NCBI GenBank assembly: GCA_963821525.1
Contig: CAWGED010000005.1
Span: 1,184,001 to 1,248,000, forward strand
Length of the DNA stretch: 64,000 bases
From: an uncultured Gemmatimonadales bacterium
GTDB taxonomy: Bacteria; Gemmatimonadota; Gemmatimonadetes; Gemmatimonadales; GWC2-71-9
Reading direction: 5' to 3'
Part shown: piece by piece, positions 10,911-23,890 of the stretch
Layout: each line of letters begins with the position of its first letter
How positions within the stretch are numbered: the stretch's first letter is position 1
Program-made: the position numbers and the translations under genes
Notes under the pieces: model-generated
Database searches by the model: none
The model's input: the letters and a program-made list of their open reading frames with translations, nothing else
What the model was told of the DNA's origin: nothing

Positions 10911-11381
10911 TCAGTTCGTTTCGGCCGAGACAGTGCACGAGCACGGTCCGGCGTTCAGGTCGGCTCCGCACCGGCTGCAGAGCCCGGCGCAGTCCTCCCG
11001 GCACAGCGGGAACCCGGTGGACGAGAGCGCCAGCTCCTCGCGCACCGCGTGGCGAACATCCACTCGGGACACTGGCTGGTCCAAGGGATAAACGCTGGGG
11101 TCGTCCGCGGCGTCCGGGTTGGCGCTGAAAAGCGCATCCACGTCCGTGGCGAACGGATAGGTGATCTCCGTGAGACAACGCCGGCAGGCCCCGCGAAAGC
11201 GGCCGGTTAGCGTGGCGTGCCAGAAAAACTCGGCCTGCCCAGTCTCCTGTAGACGGCCCCGCACTTCGACCGGCCCATCCAGCTCGAGCCCTAACCCTTC
11301 AAAGGCCGGATCGGCGGGCTCAAGCCGCCCCACAGTCTCCACCGGCCCCTTATGAAGGTCCCTCAGGTCGATCACCAACAT
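10911..11381 (-). CDS. yceD: DUF177/YceD family protein
   Basis: CRRCL and LCREDCAGLCSRCGADLN motifs; canonical position before rpmF. Confidence 0.92.
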   Translation of the reverse strand: MLVIDLRDLHKGPVETVGRLEPADPAFEGLGLELDGPVEVRGRLQETGQAEFFWHATLTGRFRGACRRCLTEITYPFATDVDALFSANPDAADDPSVYPLDQPVSRVDVRHAVREELALSSTGFPLCREDCAGLCSRCGADLNAGPCSCTVSAETN

Positions 11382-11389
11382 AGCCGCGA

Positions 11390-11418
11390 ATGTTAGTCAG
11401 GACAACGACTTGGGTCAA
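11390..11418 (-). promoter_or_regulatory. Sigma70-type promoter of the yceD-rpmF-plsX-fab operon, probably leaderless
   Basis: Minus strand TTGACC-17 bp-TAACAT, ending 8 nt before the yceD ATG. Confidence 0.7.
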
Positions 11419-11439
11419 GTTGCCCGACTCCGGTTTGGC

Positions 11440-11871
11440 CTATCTCCAGAGGCCGGCGAGCTCCCCTTCCGGGAAGAAGAAACCCACCTCCCGTGCCGCA
11501 TTCTCGTCGCTGTCCGACCCATGCACCGCGTTCCGACCCTTGGACTCGGCATACAGCTTCCGGATGGTCCCGGGTGCTGCATCGGCCGGGTCCGTGGCTC
11601 CAATCACCTTCCGGAAATGGGCCACGGCATCCGCTCGTTCCAGCGCCATCGGAAGGCAGGGCCCGCTGGTCATGAAGGCGACAAGATCGTCGTAGAATGG
11701 CCGGCCTTTATGTACCTCGTAGAAGGCTCCCGCCTGGGCGGTGGTCAGCCGAACCAGCCGAGCAGCGCGAAGGACGAAGCCCTCCTTCTGGAGGTGAGCG
11801 ATGATGAGGCCGGTCTTCCCGGTCTCAACCGCGTCGGGTTTCACGATGCCAAGGGTGATGTTGCCTGCCAC
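11440..11871 (-). CDS. ndk: Nucleoside diphosphate kinase
   Basis: IVKPDAV, NAVHGSDS. Confidence 0.98.
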   Translation of the reverse strand: MAGNITLGIVKPDAVETGKTGLIIAHLQKEGFVLRAARLVRLTTAQAGAFYEVHKGRPFYDDLVAFMTSGPCLPMALERADAVAHFRKVIGATDPADAAPGTIRKLYAESKGRNAVHGSDSDENAAREVGFFFPEGELAGLWR

Positions 11872-11900
11872 TCTGCCTCCGTTGGTGTAGTTACCCAGTG

Positions 11901-12818
11901 CTATGACTCACGTTTTACACTGCCAATCACCTTCCGAACCAGGTCGCTGCGAACCAGGATGCCGACCAGTGCCCCTTCCTTCACCACGGGGATCCGGTCG
12001 AGATCCTTGTGGGCCATCAGGGCGGCGGCTTCGGCGACAGTCTGATGCTCGTCAACGCAGATGACATTGCGTCGCATGGCCTCGCGAACCGGTAACTCCC
12101 GTGGATCTGCGATTACTCGACCTGCCGCCTTCCGCACCGCCATCACCTTGCCGGTGGTCAACTGCTGGATGTAAGACGGCACCAGGTAATCGAGCAGCTC
12201 CGCCTGGGAAACGACTCCCAGGACCTCATTGCGTTGGCCCACCACCGGCAGCGTCTCGAGACTGCGCCGAACCATCAGCGCGGCGGCATCGCCGAGAGAG
12301 GTCTCGGGCGCGATGCTGATCACCGGCGCCATGATGTCTCCCACCCGAAGCGGACCTTCGATGATCAGGTCACGCAACGCGGGAACGGCAAGCACCTCTT
12401 CCGGGCTGGTCGCGCCGAAGATGGCCTTTCTTGAATCGGGATCGGCCAGCACCCGGGCAAACGCCGCGACCGTTTGCAGGTACGCGGCGGCCTCTTTCAC
12501 CGGTGCCACTACCAGCAGCACTCCGCGCGCCCTGCGTCTGGCCTTGGGCGAACGGGGAATCGGCTTCGGCGCGATTCCCAGCGCAACCACCACACTCGAG
12601 ACGGCGTCGGTCCTGAAGTGCGGAAGGAAGAAATCCGCGCCCACCGTGAGCGTGTCTTCGGGGGAGGCCTCCGCAATTATGCTTTCCAGCCGCGTAGTGT
12701 CCGTCACCCTCCCGTCGGCGGCGCACGCGGCCACCAGCTTCATGACCGCCTCGGGGAGGTTACGCGCCTCGAGCGGAACGAGGACGCGGCGGGAACTCAG
12801 CAGCCCGGCAGCAGTCAC
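11901..12818 (-). CDS. PTS EIIA-like domain fused to a CBS domain pair
   Basis: N-terminal LPHFRTDAV resembles the EIIA(Ntr/Fru) PH motif; C-terminal RVGDIM...LPVV...GVVS and VREAM...IPVV...GILVRSDL are CBS repeats. Confidence 0.8.
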   Translation of the reverse strand: MTAAGLLSSRRVLVPLEARNLPEAVMKLVAACAADGRVTDTTRLESIIAEASPEDTLTVGADFFLPHFRTDAVSSVVVALGIAPKPIPRSPKARRRARGVLLVVAPVKEAAAYLQTVAAFARVLADPDSRKAIFGATSPEEVLAVPALRDLIIEGPLRVGDIMAPVISIAPETSLGDAAALMVRRSLETLPVVGQRNEVLGVVSQAELLDYLVPSYIQQLTTGKVMAVRKAAGRVIADPRELPVREAMRRNVICVDEHQTVAEAAALMAHKDLDRIPVVKEGALVGILVRSDLVRKVIGSVKRES

Positions 12819-13684
12819 ATCTGTTTTCGGAGGAGCGCGATCACGTCCGCGGGTCGGCGCATGACCCCGATTCCAGCCGCCTCGAATGCCGCCATCTTCT
12901 CTTCCGCCGTGCCCGACGAGCCGGAGATGATCGCCCCGGCATGGCCCATGCGACGTCCCTTCGGCGCGGTCTGGCCCGCGATGAATCCGACCACCGGCTT
13001 AGTGACATACTCCTTCACGAAGGCGGCGGCGTTCTGCTCGTCGGTTCCACCGATCTCGCCCAGCATGACGATGGCATCGGTTGCCGGGTCGTCCTGAAAG
13101 CCCCGCAGGCAGTCGATGAAATTGGTGCCGATCAGCGGATCGCCGCCGATTCCGACGCAGCTACTCTGGCCCAGACCGTTGCGGGTGAGTTGGTGCACCA
13201 CCTCGTAGGTGAGGGTCCCGCTTCGGGAGACCAGCCCCACCCGGCCCGGAATACAGATGTTCCCGGGAATGATTCCGATCTTGCACGCCCCTGGGGTAAT
13301 CAGCCCGGGGCAGTTCGGACCAATCAGACGAGCACCCCGCTCCTTCACGTAGGGCATGACCTTGGTGAGATCCAGGACGGGCACGCCTTCGGTGATGCAC
13401 ACGATGAGGGAGATACCAGCGTCGGCGGCCTCGAAGATCGCTCCGGCCGCGCCCATTGGAGGCACGTAGATCACCGAGGCATTCGCCTCGGTCGCCCGAA
13501 CCGCCTCGGCGACGGTATTGAAGATTGGAACCCCGGGGGCGAAGGTCTGACCTCCCTTCCCCGGAGTGACCCCGGCGACGAGCCGGGTGCCATACTCGAG
13601 CATTTGCCTGGCGTGGAAGGAGCCGTCACGGCCGGTGATGCCCTGGACGATGAGGCGGGTGTTCCCGTCGGCGAAGATGCTCAT
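12815..13684 (-). CDS. sucD: Succinyl-CoA ligase alpha subunit
   Basis: QGITG, GPNCPG, RMGHAGA. Confidence 0.97.
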   Translation of the reverse strand: MSIFADGNTRLIVQGITGRDGSFHARQMLEYGTRLVAGVTPGKGGQTFAPGVPIFNTVAEAVRATEANASVIYVPPMGAAGAIFEAADAGISLIVCITEGVPVLDLTKVMPYVKERGARLIGPNCPGLITPGACKIGIIPGNICIPGRVGLVSRSGTLTYEVVHQLTRNGLGQSSCVGIGGDPLIGTNFIDCLRGFQDDPATDAIVMLGEIGGTDEQNAAAFVKEYVTKPVVGFIAGQTAPKGRRMGHAGAIISGSSGTAEEKMAAFEAAGIGVMRRPADVIALLRKQM

Positions 13685-14821
13685 GCCGCCCCCTTTGCCA
13701 CTTCAACCACTTTCTGAACCGCTTCATCCATGTCGTTAAGGGCCTGCATCCCTGCGGCCTTCAGGATCCGAACGGCTTCTTCTTCATTGGTACCGGTGAG
13801 CCTGATGACGAGAGGCACGTTCACCTTGAACTGCTTCATCGCCGTGAGGATGCCATTCGCGACGTCATCGGTGCGAGTAATCCCGCCGAAGATGTTAAAG
13901 AGGATTGCCTTCACCTCGGGATCGCCGGTGATGATCTTGAGGGCGTTGACCACCTTCTCCGGATTCGAGCTGCCGCCGATGTCGAGGAAGTTGGCCGGCT
14001 GGCCGCCGTAGTATTTGACCAGGTCCATGGTGGCCATCGCGAGACCCGCCCCGTTCACGACACAGCCGACGTTCCCGCTCAGCTTGATGAAGGTCAGGTT
14101 CGCTTTGCGCGCCGCGACCTCGCTCGGCTCCTCGGCGCTCTCGTCCCGCAATTGGGCCGAGGTCCGGCCGGCGGTCGAGCTCGTTGTCGTCGATGATCAC
14201 CTTGGCGTCGAGGGCAAGCACCTTCCCGTCAGGAGTGCTCACCAGAGGATTGATCTCCGTCAGGGTGCACCCATTGGAGATGAAAATCTGGTAGAGCTGC
14301 TCGAGTATCTTCGCCGTAGCGCGTACTTGAGTGATGTCGCTGAAGAGCGTGAAGGCGAGAGTCAGGGCCTGGTGCGGGAGGAGACCGTAACGCGGGTCCA
14401 CCGCCAGCCGGGTGATCTTCTCGGGAGTCGTCGCAGCGACTTCTTCGATGTCGATGCCGCCGGCGGCACTCACCATGAAGACAGGCCGTTGCGTTGCGCG
14501 GTCGAGGATCAATCCGGCGTAGGCTTCGGTCGCAATGTCGGCGGCAGGGACCACCAGGACCTTCTGAACCGTGAGTCCCTTGATCTGCATCCCAAGAATC
14601 TTCTTTGCCGCTTCGGCTGCTTCTTTCGGCGTGGAGGCCAGCTTTACGCCGCCCGCCTTGCCCCGGCCGCCGACGTGGACCTGAGCTTTGACTACGACCT
14701 GTCCGTTCAGCCGTCGGGCAATCGCCTCCGCCTCGGCGGGCGTCGTAGCGACGTCGCCGTCGGGCATCGGTATGCCGCCGGCGCGAAATAGTGCCCGGCC
14801 CTGGTACTCGTGGAGGTTCAC
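13681..14821 (-). CDS. sucC: Succinyl-CoA ligase beta subunit (frameshift near 14150)
   Basis: MNLHEYQ...GGRGKAGGV in ORF 13895..14821; NGAGLAM and NIFGGI in ORF 13681..14151. Confidence 0.95.
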
Positions 14822-14920
14822 AGAGACCTCGTCAAAAGAAAGCGATCTGAAGCCTGGTCCGGCGGATTGGCAGGGCCGGCGCGGGCGGGAAACTAGCCTT
14901 CGGTCAGTGTGGTAACAAGT

Positions 14921-17375
14921 TCAGAACTGCTGACGATTCTCTTTGGCGTTGAGCATCCGGCGAAGCGCATCGAATGCGCGGCCGAACGCGGCCATATCGC
15001 CCCGTTTCAGGGCGGAATCAGCCGCAGCCATGAGGCGACGGGCCTCCTCGAGACGGTTGGCATGTCCCGCAGCGGCTACGAGCGGTGCGGTGATGCCGAA
15101 CATGTTTTGCCAGGCCTCGAACAGGTCGTGGCCTGCCCCGCCCCGCCCCTGGCTCGCGATGCTGACCCAGACCAATGCGGGCGTCTCACCCGAATTCCAG
15201 GCCACGTGCGGCTGATACGCCCCGAGTCCCGCGGGACCCAGCCAGTATCGCACCGGTGCTGCCTGCAATTGGCCCCCGGCACCGAGTACCGAGTCGCGGA
15301 TCTGTTCGTAGGTGGGGAAGCGGCCCCAGCGGCTTTCCAGCATTTGCGGAGACGGCAGTGTACTGGAGCTGTCAAACCGAACCAGTTTGAGCGATTCCCA
15401 CCCATCGACCATCCGCGCCTGCAGCAGGGATGCGACCGCACGTTCCCCTTCGTTCTCAAAGACGACCAGAGACTGAAGACCGGAGGTATCCGGCTCCCAT
15501 ACCGATTCGGGGACCGGGTTCCCGCCGCCCATCGAATCGGGGCGTGCGACCATTCTTCCGATTCCCCAGTCCTGTCCCTCCATCACCCTTCCCTGTACCT
15601 GAAGTAGCTCGGCTGGATAGGGGACGACCCTACCGATCTCGGGTGGAATCGAGTTGGCCGGCAACACCACGCCGCCGGCGATATCGAGCCAGGCCTCCGC
15701 GACCTTGTCGGCGGTATGCCGCAGATAAATGCGGGTCTCTCCCGATTCTGCCTCGATGACACCGACGAAGTCGGCGCGAAGGGTGCCGATTCGCTGACCC
15801 CGCCAGCGCACCCGGCTCGCGATCGGGAAGGTCTGTGAAGCGATGTACCCGTCGGAGATCCAGACCAGATTGCCGTTCACTATGCGGGGGACCGCAACAC
15901 TCCATGAGGCGAACGGCGCGAGCCGGTCGAGCCGCGCCGCGGGGGTCAGATACCAGCGAGCCCGCGCGTCAGTCTCGACTTTCCCGAGCAGGCTACTGGA
16001 TTGCAGCGCCCAAGCGAGCACAACCCGGCGAAGCGCGCCTCCGACCCGAACACCTCGCGGACGCGGTATCCAGGACGACATTCGGAGCGCCGGGCCATAC
16101 GGCGCTCCGGCTGAGGCGAAGCCGGGTGGCCGGCTGGGTCGAGGGAATGCTGTCGCCGCCCGGATAGTAGAGCGGCTTTCCATCATCGCTGGTCTGGTCA
16201 TCGGCGATCGCCGTAATACTCGAGCCCTGCTCGCCAGCTCCCCGGACGATGAGCCAGACCGGTCGGGGGCGTCGCAGAACGGGGAGCACGGCACGGTCGG
16301 CACCGAGAACTTCTCCCGAGTCGGACGCTGGAAGCCGGGTGACGATCGAAGCCGACCAGAGCGTCGGCGGATTCGGCATGCGAGGAGCCGCATCCGGACG
16401 ATCGCTGGTCGAGTCCCGCAAGCCGGTGAGACCGTAGGCCAGCGCCTCGAGCCGGCGCCGATCCATCTGGTCAACCGGCGAGGGGCGAGCGCCGGCCAGC
16501 AACGCCGGGAAAACATGGTGCCCGACCAGCGACACAGTGATGAGGACACCCCAGCCAGCGGCCATCAGCACGTGATTGGCGCGCCAGGCCCAGACCAACG
16601 AGAGTGCCGCGGTCATGAGCGCCACACCCGCCAGGATCTGGGTGGTTATCCGCTGATAATTGAAGAGGCCCAGCTGAGTGCCGCCCCCGATTCCAGAGAC
16701 CAGCTCGTACGGCTCGAGCAGATATCCCCAGACGAGGCACAGCGCCAACGCCGCCAGCAGCATGCCGAGGTGCACCCGGGCATGACTATTCAGGGCGAGG
16801 TGGCTGTCGGTCCACCGCACGGCCCCGATCACGACATAGAGGGTGAGCACTCCTCCCAGGCCCAGGAGCACCAGGAGTAACGCGTGCCCGTGCAACGATC
16901 GCCAGAGTGGAAGCTGGGCGAGGTACAATCCGAGATCGTGACCGAGCAGCGGCTCGGTTTCTCCGTAGCGCACGCCAGTCCAGGCCAGCGCCAGCGTCGG
17001 AGTCCAATCGCTCAGTCCTCTCCCGACGATGAAACCCAGCAAGGCTCCACTCGCGACACCGCCGAATATCAGGACTCGGGTATTGAGCGCCTCACGAATC
17101 TCGAGATTGGCAAGCTGCCGGGGGACCTGAACCGATCCGATGGCGCGGAAGACGATCAGCAGGTGGCCGATGAACCAGGCACAGGCGATCAGGACGCCGC
17201 CCGCCTCGAGGGTAAAGCGAAGAAGATTCCAGTCCATCACGAAGCGGGAAGCCTCGGGCGAGACCAGCTCGGCCCACCACCGATCGGCGAGGAGTGCGGC
17301 TCCCCAGCGTCCCACGAAGAGCAGGATGACGAGCGCCGAGAGGCTCAGCGCGATCGTGACCCCGCGGCGGCTCAT
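14921..17375 (-). CDS. UPF0182 family membrane protein (frameshift near 16060)
   Basis: Multi-TM N-terminus with EPLLGHDLGLYLAQLP; C-terminal APF...LVWISDGY...FP and ADSALKRGDMAAFGRAFDAL. Start MSRRG at 17375. Confidence 0.8.
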
Positions 17376-18734
17376 ACCCTTCCTGCCAGCCAGCCCAGGA
17401 CCTCGGCCTGGTATTCGTCGCGGGAGGCCGCGTCGCTGGCTTCGAACCGGAGCACCAGGACGGGTTGGGTATTGGAGGCGCGGATGAGTCCCCAGCCCTT
17501 GGGGAAGGTCATGCGGACACCATCGATGTTGTTGACCGGATAGCGGGCCCCGAACCATTCGGCCGCGGCCTTCACCACCTCGAACTTGGTCTCATCCGGA
17601 CAGTCCACCCGGATCTCGGGAGTCGCAAAGGTCCTGGGAATATCGGCCAGCAGCCGGCTGAGCCCGCCCGGTTCGGCAGACACGATCTCGAGCAGGCGCG
17701 CCGCAGCGAAGAGCGCGTCGTCGAACCCGAAGTAGTCGCCGCCGAAGAACATGTGGCCGCTCATCTCGCCGGCGAGCGGAGCGTCAAGCTCCTTCATCCG
17801 CGCCTTGATGAGCGAATGACCGGTCTTCCAGAGCTCGGGCCGGGCCCCTGCTTTCTTCAGCATCTGAGGAAGCACCTCGGAGCACTTTACGTCGAAGATG
17901 ACCGGTACGCCCACCCCGAACCTGCGAACCGCGTCGCGGCCATAGAGCACGAGGAGCTGGTCCCCGTAGATGATCTGGCCCGACGTCATCCACCGCGCCG
18001 ATGCGGTCGGCATCACCATCGAACGCGATTCCCAGCTCGGCGCCGGTCCGGCGAACCTCGGCTTGAAGATCGGCGAGATTCTCCGGAACGGTGGGATCGG
18101 GATGGTGATTGGGGAAGGTTCCGTCGGATTCGCAGAAGAGCGGCGTCACTTCGGCGCCGAGCGTCCTCAGGGTCGAAACCGCGATCAGGCTGCCGACTCC
18201 GTTGCCACAATCCACCACGACATGCACCGGACGTTCGAGCCGGTTGCGCTCGACGATGGCCTCGCGGTAGGAGGGGAGGACGGAGGTGTCGTGTCGCTCG
18301 CTGCCCCGCCCCGTCCGCCAGGTCTCGCCAGAAATGATGTCGTAGAGCGCGCCGATACCGTCGCCGTGCAGCGACTCTCCGGCGAGCACCATCTTGAAGC
18401 CGTTGAACTCGGGAGGATTGTGGGAGCCGGTGACCTGGAGTCCGCCGTCGGTCTTCAGGGCATGAACCGCGAAGTAGAGCGCCGGCGTGGGCAACATTCC
18501 CACATCGACGGCCGTCGCCCCCGTCTGGGCAATGCCGGAACGGACCGCGGCAGCGAGACTCTCGCCTGAAGGACGATTGTCCCGGCCCACCGCGAGAACC
18601 GGGGGACGTCCCAGGCGATCCCAGGCCGCGGTGGCATACGCGCGCCCAAGGGCGAGGGCAAAGTCGGACGTCAGTTCCTCATCGACCAACCCCCGGATGT
18701 CGTATTGGCGGAAAATGGAGCGTGGGGCCTGCAC
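17372..18734 (-). CDS. Phosphomannomutase/phosphoglucomutase (frameshift near 17985)
   Basis: IFRQYDIRG, TGSHNP, FDGDADR, GEMSGH, RASNTQP. Confidence 0.93.
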
Positions 18735-18742
18735 GCCCGCTC

Positions 18743-20255
18743 CTAGCGGCCGGCTACCGCGGAGGCAGCGCCATTCAACAGCGACGCCGCACTGGCTCCC
18801 GCGGCGTTGAGGAGTTCGGTGGGCCAGACTCCGAACACGAGCGTCGCGATGATGGCGATCGTGACCGTGGCTGCGGCGGCGGGTGCAAGCTTCACCGAGT
18901 AGTAGACGAGTGGCGCCCGGGCGGGACGCATGTACATCGCCATGATCACCGGAAGGTAGTATCCCGCCGATACCACCGTGGTCAGGACCAGCACCACCGC
19001 GAGCGCGGCGTTCTTCTCTGCGATCACGGCGGAGAGGATGTACCACTTGCCGATGAACCCGAGGGTTCCGGGGAAGCCCAGCAGGGAGAGCATGCAGACC
19101 GCGAGGCCGAAGGCAAGCCAGGGCCGACTCTGTGCCAGCCCGGAGATCTCGGCCAGTGTAACGTCTCGCTCTCCACCGGTGCCCAGGGCGCTCAGGATCC
19201 CGAACGCGGCGAACGTGGTGACGCCGTAGGCGATGAGATAGAGCAACAATGATGCGGTGCCGAGCGGGCTCCCGGGCCAGAGTGCGACCAGGAGATACCC
19301 GGCGTGGGCGACCGAGCTGTACGCCAGCAGCCGCTTGAGCGATCGTCTGGTTGAGTGCCACCAGATTACCCAAAACCATCGTCACCACCGCGAGCACCCA
19401 GATCACCGGCCGCCATTGAGGCGCGGCCTGAGGGAAGCAGGACAGCAGCACGCGGGCGAACGCGACGAACGCCGCCGCCTTGACTCCCGTCGCCATGAAA
19501 CCGGTGACCGGAGTAGGCGCTCCCTCGTAAACGTCCGGAGTCCACATGTGGAACGGGACCGCTGCCACCTTGAAGCCGAACCCGATCAGGAGCAGGCCCA
19601 TCCCGAGCAGACCCATCACCGGGATCGGGCGATCGGCGAACTGAGCCCCGATCAGCGCCAGATTGGTGCTGCCGGTGGAGCCGTACAGCAAGGCGATCCC
19701 GTAGAGCAGGAACCCGGAGGCGAAGGCGCCGATGAGGAAGTATTTGAGGCCGGCTTCGGATGAGGCAGGGCTCCTCCGGTCATAGCCGGCGAGCACGTAG
19801 ACCGCCATGGACATCGTCTCCAGCGCGAGGAAGAAGACGATGAGGTCCTGCGAGGCGGTCATGAACATCAGGCCGACGGTCCCGAGCAGCAGCAGCACGT
19901 AGTACTCGGGCGCGGTGATTCCCTCGCGCTCCAGGTAGCCGATCGAGAGCAGCGTGCTGGCGAGAGCGAGCACGAGCACCAAGGCCGACGACAGATAGCG
20001 GAATCCGTCCATGGCGATCATGAACGGCAGGCCTTCGCTCTCGAACTGCTGCATGGCCAGCCACGCCAGCGCCGCCCCGGTCAGCGATCAGCGAGGCGAC
20101 GCTGAGCCAGCCGGCGAGACGGCTGTCCGCCGGCGGTCTCGTGGCGCCAGCTCACGACCAGCAGCACCAGCATCGCGCAGATCGAGAGTACGATCTCCGG
20201 GAGTGAGGGAGAGCGTTATCCCGAGCGGTGAGGTGAGATCGAGCACCGGGTTCAT
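18743..20255 (-). CDS. nuoN: NADH-quinone oxidoreductase subunit N (several frameshifts)
   Basis: EAGLKYF, FKVAAVPFHMWTPDVYEGAP, LSLLGFPGTLGFIGK; last gene of the nuo block. Confidence 0.93.
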
Positions 20256-21817
20256 CGATCGCGCTCCGCGCGGATCTCTTCCCTCGGTGCGGAGTAGCGG
20301 TCCCTGCCCGGCTGAGTCAGCTCGACGTAGCGCTTCGAGGCAGCCTCCATGCGGCTCAGCACCGGCTTGGGATAGAGGCCGAGCCAGACCATGCCGAAGA
20401 TCAGGGGGAGCATCACCGACAGCTCGCGCGGAGTCAGGTCGGACAGGTGCTCGTTGTCGGGATTATCGAGCTTGTTGAAGAAGATCCGCTGCACCGCGGG
20501 CAGCAGATACACCGCGGCGAAGATCACGCCGGTCGTGGCAAGGCCGGTCGCCAGGGGATGGCGGGCGAAGCTGCCGAGCAGCACCAGGAACTCGCCCACG
20601 AAGCCGTTCAGGCCCGGGAGTCCGATCGAGGCGAGCGAGGTCACGACGAAGATGAGGCTGCAGCACCGGCACCACACGGGCGAGCCCGCCGTAGGCGGCG
20701 ATCTCCCTCGTGTGGCGCCGCTCGTACAGCATGCCGATCAGGAAGAACAGCGCGCCGGTGGAGAGGCCGTGACCGATCATGATCATCAGCGCGCCCTGCA
20801 CGCTCTGGAGCGAACCGGCCCAGATGCCGAGCATCACGAATCCGAGGTGGCTCACCGAGGAATAGGCCACGAGCTTCTTCACATCCGGCTGCACCATGGC
20901 GACGAGGGCGCCATAGATGATGCCTACCACCGCCGAGACCAGCACGATCGTCGTGACGACGGGGCTCAGTGCCACCTCGGGGAAGAACGGGCACGGCAAA
21001 CCGAAGGAAGCCGTAGGTCCCCATCTTGAGCAGGATGCTGGCCAGGATCACGCTGCCCGCGGTGGGCGCCTCAACGTGCGCGTCGGGGAGCCAGGTGTGG
21101 AACGGGAACATCGGCACTTTGATCGCGAAGGCCAGGGCGAAGGCCGCGAAGAGCCAGGGAGCCAGGGTTCCCAGCTGTGGCGCGTGCTCCAGCAGGTCGG
21201 CGTAGGCGAACGAAACCGTTCCGGTGCTCTCGGCCACCTTCCATACCATGACCAGGATCGCCACGAGCATGAGGAGCGAGCCGAGGAAGGTGTAGATGAA
21301 GAACTTGATGGCCGCGTAGAGCCGGTTCTTCCCGCCCCAGACCCCGATGATGAAGTACATCGGGATCAGCATCACTTCCCAGAACACGTAGAAAACGAAG
21401 AGATCGAGCGCGAGGAATACCCCGAGCATGCCCGTCGTCAGGAGTGAGCATGAGAGCGTAGTATCCCCGCTCTCGTTCGGTGATGTAGTTCCAGCTTCCG
21501 AGCACTGCGAGCGGCATGAGCCCGGTGGAAAGCAGGACCATGAAGAGGGAGATGCCGTCGAGGCCGACCCGGTAGTTGATTCCCCATTGCGGGAGCCAGG
21601 GCGCCACGACTCCGAACTGGATCGCGCCTGAGGTCGGATCGAAGGCCCACCAGAGTCCAGCAGAGAGCAGGAACTCCAGAATGGTGACCACGAGGGCGAT
21701 GTGCTTGGCGCTCCTGGACGGCGCCAGCAGCACCGGCAGCACGCCAACCAGCGGCAGCACCAGCAGCGCGGTCAGGATCCAGGTCTGGTAGTTCAGTCCG
21801 AACAGGAAGTCTTGCAT
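20252..21817 (-). CDS. nuoM: NADH-quinone oxidoreductase subunit M (frameshifts near 21445, 20995, 20660)
   Basis: [50 protein letters not shown] spread over successive frames. Confidence 0.94.
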
Positions 21818-21842
21818 GGCCCGCGAGTTGAAGGTTCTGTCT

Positions 21843-23890
21843 CTACCACACCAGCCGGCCCAACACGTACAGCGCCCCGACCACGAACACGGCCACGTAG
21901 ACGCCCACCTGGCCAGTCTGCAGCCGGCCGCCGAGCCAGCCCAGTGCTCGCATCAGGCCGGCGGATCCATTCACCGCGGCGCCATCGATCAGGCCCTGGT
22001 CCACCTTCCGCCAGAGGACGACTCGAGAGATCGTCATCAACGGGCGAACGATGATCGCATCGTAGACCTCGTCGATGTAGTACTTGTGGTAGAGCACCTT
22101 CCAGAATCCCTGGTCCGGTGCCGCCTCGTGGGCCGGGACGATGGCGCGGCCGAGGGTGCTTCGATAACCCCAGACCAATCCGATGATGGCAATGGCTATG
22201 GCGATACCGATGAGGGTCATCTCGGTCGAGCCATGAGGCAACACGGGCTCGCCCACGAGCTGGGTTGCCTTGCTGGTGACCGGTTCGAGCCAGTGGTGCA
22301 GCAGCTCGGTCGGACCCAGCGCCCTGGCGAACTCGGGAAGATTGAGCCAGCCCCCGGCCAGGCTGAGCAGTCCCAGGACCACCAGGGGCCCGGTCATGAT
22401 CCAGGGCGCCTCGTGCAGGTGCTCCTTCTCTTTGGTGCCGGTCCGATTCTCCCCGTGGAAGGTCATCGCCATGAGCCGCGCCATGTAGAACGCGGTGATC
22501 AAGGCGGCCGTCGCTCCCATCGCCCAGAAGACCCGGAAAATCGGCTCGTGCTCGCCGCGGCCAAAGGCGAAGGCCAGGATTTCATCCTTGGAGAAGAAAC
22601 CGGCGAAGGGAGGAATCCCGGCGATCGCGAGGGTCGCGATCCACATCAGCACCCAGGTCACCGGGAGATGGTGGCGCAGCCCGCCCATGTTGCGCATGTC
22701 CTGCGCGTCCTCGTGTGAGTGGGTGGCGTGATACGCGTGGTGCATCGCGTGGATCACGCTTCCCGAACCGAGGAAGAGCAGCGCCTTGAAGAAGGCGTGG
22801 GTCGCGAGGTGGAAGATGCCGGCGGTGATGGCGCCGGTCCCCACGCCCAGGAACATGTAGCCGAGCTGGGAGACGGTGGAGTACGCCAGGACGCGCTTGA
22901 TGTCGTACTGGCGGAGACCGATCGTGGCGGCGAAGAGCGCCGTGAGCGCGCCGACGCCGGCGACGACGGTCTGGCTCACCGGCGCCAGCGCGAACAGCAC
23001 ATTGGCCCGCGCGACGAGATACACGCCGGCGGTCACCATCGTGGCGGCGTGGATCAGGGCGGAGACCGGCGTGGGACCGGCCATCGCGTCGGGCAGCCAG
23101 GTATAGAGCGGGATCTGGGCCGACTTGCCGGTGCAGCCGAGGAAGAGGAACAAGGTGATCGCGGTTACCAGCGCGCCGCCCGCGGGCAGGACCTCGCCCG
23201 CACGGCTGAACACGTCGGTGAAGTTCAGGCTCCCGAACGCCTGCCAGATCAGGAACATGGCGATCAGGAAGCCGAAGTCGCCGATCCGGTTCACGATGAA
23301 GGCCTTCTTGCCCGCGTCGGCATTGGCCTTTTCGGAGAACCAGAAGCCGATCAGGAGGTAGGAGCAGAGGCCGACGCCTTCCCACCCGATGAACATCATC
23401 GGGAAGCTGGCGCCCAGCACCAGCACCAGCATGAATGCGACAAACAGGTTGAGGTACGCGAAGTACCTCGGGTAGCCGTCGTCCGCCTTCATGTACCCGA
23501 TGCTGAAGAGGTGGATCAGGCTTCCCACGCCTGTCACCACCAGCAGCATCACCATCGACAGATGATCGAGCAGGAAAGAGAAGTCGACCTTCAAGTCGCC
23601 GACCGGGAGCCAGCTCCAGAAGGTGATGATCGGCGAGGCTTCGGGGTCGGCCTGCCATGCCGGCGCCAGTTGCCGGAAGGCGACGAGTGCGGTGGCGAAT
23701 GCGCCGAGGAGTACCCCGGCGCCAATGATGGAGACCGCCGCCTTGGCTCGAGGCTGCCAGAGGGAGAGCGCTCCGTTGAGCAGGAACCCCAGGAGCGGCA
23801 GCCCCAGGATCAGGCCGACCAGGAGGTTCAGATTTTCCGGCAGCGCCGTCTCCGGCCCCTGCCCAAGAACGACAGAAGATCCAGGTGCAT
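21843..23890 (-). CDS. nuoL: NADH-quinone oxidoreductase subunit L (frameshift near 23860)
   Basis: GKSAQIPLYTWLPDAMAGPTPVSALIHAATM, HAFFKALLF. Confidence 0.95.

Noticed and set aside
11895..11925. Possible eroded heptamer repeat at the end of the EIIA-CBS gene (SVKRES*)
   Set aside because: Too short and degenerate, with no clear mirrored arm.
17784..20054. Apparent 756-aa NuoN-phosphomannomutase fusion
   Set aside because: Created by a frameshift near 19350; NuoN ends in another frame at 18743 and pmm has its own GTG start.
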